Shown: positions 61,394 to 64,000 of the stretch, one piece after another | Layout: every line of letters begins with the position of its first letter | How positions within the stretch are numbered: position 1 is the stretch's first letter | NCBI GenBank assembly: GCA_963795855.1 | Contig: CAWCIZ010000002.1 | Location: 96,001-160,000 of the forward strand | Reading direction: 5' to 3' | DNA length: 64,000 bases | Origin: Vulcanimicrobiota bacterium | Lineage (GTDB): Bacteria; Vulcanimicrobiota; Vulcanimicrobiia; Vulcanimicrobiales; Vulcanimicrobiaceae | The notes under the pieces: model-generated | The model's database searches: none | What the model was told of the DNA's origin: nothing | What the model saw: only the letters and a program-made list of their open reading frames with translations | Program-made: the position numbers and the translations under genes

Positions 61394-63070
61394 CTAGAGC
61401 ACGTGCCTCGTGACGACGTTCCCGATGCTGACGGTGTTCACGAAGGGCGCGATTGAAGCCGGCACGACGACGCGCGCGGCCGGCGCATATCGCATGCCGT
61501 CCGCTCCTTGCGCTACGTCATGGATGCGCGTACCGAAGAACTGCTCGACCGCGGCCGCCGGCGCTTGCGCGTCGATTAGACCTGCGTACCGGAAATTCCG
61601 TTCGATACTGAATCCCGCTTGCTGCAGCGCGTTTTCCACAGCCGTGCGATCGGCATCGGCGTGCAGCACGATTTGAACGGCCGTTGCCGCATCCGCCGCG
61701 CGTTCGCCGCGGTCGACTAACCCCGCGATGCGCGGCGTCACATCCAAACTGAACGCGCCCGACCGACGCTGCGGTGCCTGCGCGGCAAACGTCATCGCGG
61801 AACGCGCCAGGAGGCCCGCTGCTTTCACCCCGCCTGGGCACGCGGTATTCGCGAACGTCATTCCGTGCGGAACGCCAAGGCCGCTTGCGTTATCGTAGCC
61901 GGTTCCGGCGGTGTAGAACGGCGTCGTGCCTTGGTACTGATCGTTGCCGTGAATCACGTCGATGAATGCTTGCGCATCCGCGCCGAATACGTAGTACGGG
62001 ATTCCAACCGGGTTGGCAATGCCGTTCGAGACGTGGCAATACTCGTAGAGTTCGGCCATGAGCGCGGCGTACTGGGGAGACGCCCACGACGTTCCGTTGA
62101 GATGAACCCACGAACCATCGTCGATCGTGTCGCTCTCCGCCGGCATCGAAATGTCCGGAACGTTGCGGAACGTGGACGACGTCTTACCGGCCAGACCGCT
62201 TTGATAACTCGGCAACGGGTAGAGCGTCGACACGCCGCCGCCGCCGGCGCACTGACTTGGGGTGCCGACGCAGCTCGTGTCGTTCCAAACGGTGTCGCTC
62301 GTCACCGCATTTCCGGTTGCGAGCCGCGTTTCGGTGCCTCCGGCGCCGATGACGTTCGGATTGCTCGCCGGCCAGTTCGCGCCGACCTGCGAGGGCGGGT
62401 TGCACACGTTGCCGTTGTCCCCGCCGGATGCAACGTACAGAATTCCCGCCTGCGCGCCTTGGGTGATGTACGGATCCTCCGGTGCATTCGATACTTCACA
62501 TCCGCCAAACGAGGAATTAACGACCGTTGCAACGCCGTCTGTGTCGATCCGGCTGTATGCCTTGGCGATGCTCGCATCCAGGAGATCTTTGATCTGATAG
62601 ATGCGGATGTTCGCGCCCGGCGCCAGGCCGGCAATCGTTTCAACGTCGAGGTAGGCTTCATCTTGATCGCCGTTGGTCGCGATGCCGGAAGACCCGTCGA
62701 CCGAGATCGTCGTAATCGTGCCCGTATGCGTGATGCCGAACTGCGCGAGATACGCGCTGATGACGGTTCGGCTTACATCCGAGTCGATAACGATCGCGAC
62801 CGTCTGTCCGGTGCCGTTCCAGCCGTGCTGAACCGGAAGATCGAGGCCGCTCGCAACACCGTAAGGCGACCACCCGCCGTCGAACGTCGCCGCGCCCGAA
62901 AGCGGCGTGCCGGTACCCTGAACGATGCCGCCGTTCGGCGTAGGCGTAGGCGTCGGCGTCGGTGCGGGCGTCGACGTCGTGCCGCCGGTCGGCGGCGTAC
63001 CGCCGCCTCCTCCGCATGCGGACAGCAGCAACGCGAAAGAAAATAGCAAGGCAAGCGGCGATCTCTTCAT
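61394..63070 (-). CDS. S53 (sedolisin/kumamolisin) lipoprotein peptidase with C-terminal pro-domain
   Basis: LSAC lipobox; EAYLDVE, SGGDNG, RNVPDIS, GTSWASP, GYDNASGLG. Confidence 0.9.
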   Translation of the reverse strand: MKRSPLALLFSFALLLSACGGGGGTPPTGGTTSTPAPTPTPTPTPNGGIVQGTGTPLSGAATFDGGWSPYGVASGLDLPVQHGWNGTGQTVAIVIDSDVSRTVISAYLAQFGITHTGTITTISVDGSSGIATNGDQDEAYLDVETIAGLAPGANIRIYQIKDLLDASIAKAYSRIDTDGVATVVNSSFGGCEVSNAPEDPYITQGAQAGILYVASGGDNGNVCNPPSQVGANWPASNPNVIGAGGTETRLATGNAVTSDTVWNDTSCVGTPSQCAGGGGVSTLYPLPSYQSGLAGKTSSTFRNVPDISMPAESDTIDDGSWVHLNGTSWASPQYAALMAELYEYCHVSNGIANPVGIPYYVFGADAQAFIDVIHGNDQYQGTTPFYTAGTGYDNASGLGVPHGMTFANTACPGGVKAAGLLARSAMTFAAQAPQRRSGAFSLDVTPRIAGLVDRGERAADAATAVQIVLHADADRTAVENALQQAGFSIERNFRYAGLIDAQAPAAAVEQFFGTRIHDVAQGADGMRYAPAARVVVPASIAPFVNTVSIGNVVTRHVL

Positions 63071-63117
63071 GTCGGGCCTTTCCGGAACAGCGCTATTCCC
63101 CTAAACGCAGGCGCCCG

Positions 63118-64000
63118 TTACGACGTTGCAAGTTCGTCGGCCGCCCGCTGCCGTAAACGAAAACGTTGCACTTTGCCGGTCTCCGTCCTGGGAAGCTCGG
63201 CAACGAATTCGATTTCGCGAGGCGCCTTGAACGGCGCGATGCGGGCGCGGACGAACTCTTGCAGTTCGTGCGTATTTCGGGGCCCGCCTTTGAAGCATCG
63301 GCAGGAACGACGTACGCCTTTACGATGTTCGTTTGCTTCTCGGGCACCGGCTTGCCGATCACGGCGCATTCCTTGACCTCGCCGTGCGCGAGCAACACCT
63401 GCTCGACCTCCGGTCCGGAAACGTTGTAACCCGACGCGATGATCATGTCGTCGGTACGCGCCACGTACCAGAAATATCCGTCAGCGTCCTGACGATATGC
63501 ATCCCCGGGATAGTTCCAACCATTGCGGACGTACGCGGCTTGCCGCTCGTCGTCGAGGTACCGGCACCCGGTCGGGCCTTTTACCGCCAGGCGCCCAATG
63601 GTATCGGCCGGAACGCGCGCGCCGTCGTCATCGTGAATTTCGGCAACGTAGCCCGGAACCGCCCGGCCCGTCGAACCGCCCACAATGCCGTCCTGCGGCG
63701 AACCGATGAAGATGTGCAGCATTTCCGTGCTGCCGATGCCGTCCATGATCTTCAGACCGGTCCGCTCGTACCACGTTTGCCACGTCGTTAGCGGGAGCGT
63801 CTCGCCGGCGGATACGCACGCGCGAAGCGACGAGACGTCGTAAACGGAAAGCATCTCCGACATTGCGCGGTACGCGACGGCGCGGTGAATACCACGTTCA
63901 CGCCGTGCGCTTGGATCGCCTGCATCAGCGGTTCGGGTTGTGCTTTTTCCAGCAGCAGCGTTGCGGCGCCGGCATAGAGCGGAAAGAGAAGCAGTCCGCC
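63118..64000 (-). CDS. AMP-dependent aryl-CoA ligase (benzoate/2-aminobenzoate-CoA ligase-like), 3' part, frameshifted
   Basis: SAGETLP, DGIGSTEMLHIF, GPTGCRYLDD, GDAY, LPRTETGKVQRF. Confidence 0.88.

Overview
GC-rich bacterial chromosomal window, possibly from Ca. Eremiobacterota/Vulcanimicrobiota (a weak impression from protein style, not a search result). The str/S10 ribosomal cluster lies on the minus strand (rpsL-rpsG-fusA-tuf-rpsJ ... rplC-rplD-rplW-rplB-rpsS-rplV-rpsC-rplP). It is split between rpsJ and rplC by about 43 kb: rpsJ has its own terminator and rplC has its own sigma70-type promoter. Most of the gap is a Wzx/Wzy-type exopolysaccharide locus (wza, wzz-like, degenerate wzc-like, priming transferase, ugd, UDP-GlcA decarboxylase, flippase, glycosyltransferases, hddA/gmhB, three paralogous clan GH-A lipoprotein hydrolases). 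Embedded in it is the main finding, a putative peptide-modification (RiPP-like) system. Three small ORFs missed by the ORF track (12622-12774 +, 25593-25691 -, 25453-25584 -) share a leader Y-x-[KR]-P-x-[IL]-x-x-[ST]-[YF]-x-[VL]-x-x-L-[FY]-x-x-[AV]-[SA]-G-(D)-F-[AG]-S. They are accompanied by a PqqD/RRE protein, two HPr-kinase-like P-loop kinases, an NTP_transf_5-type nucleotidyltransferase, an S24/S26 peptidase, a JmjC oxygenase and an ABC exporter, but no lasso cyclase or radical SAM enzyme. Also seen: a 103-bp structured repeat present twice in ribosomal spacers in opposite orientations, a three-subunit Co-type nitrile/thiocyanate hydratase, a sedolisin with its pro-domain at the C-terminus, and an (R)VRYAAPVR-repeat protein. 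About 13 genes, including rplD and tuf, show apparent single-base frameshifts, most likely sequencing indels.
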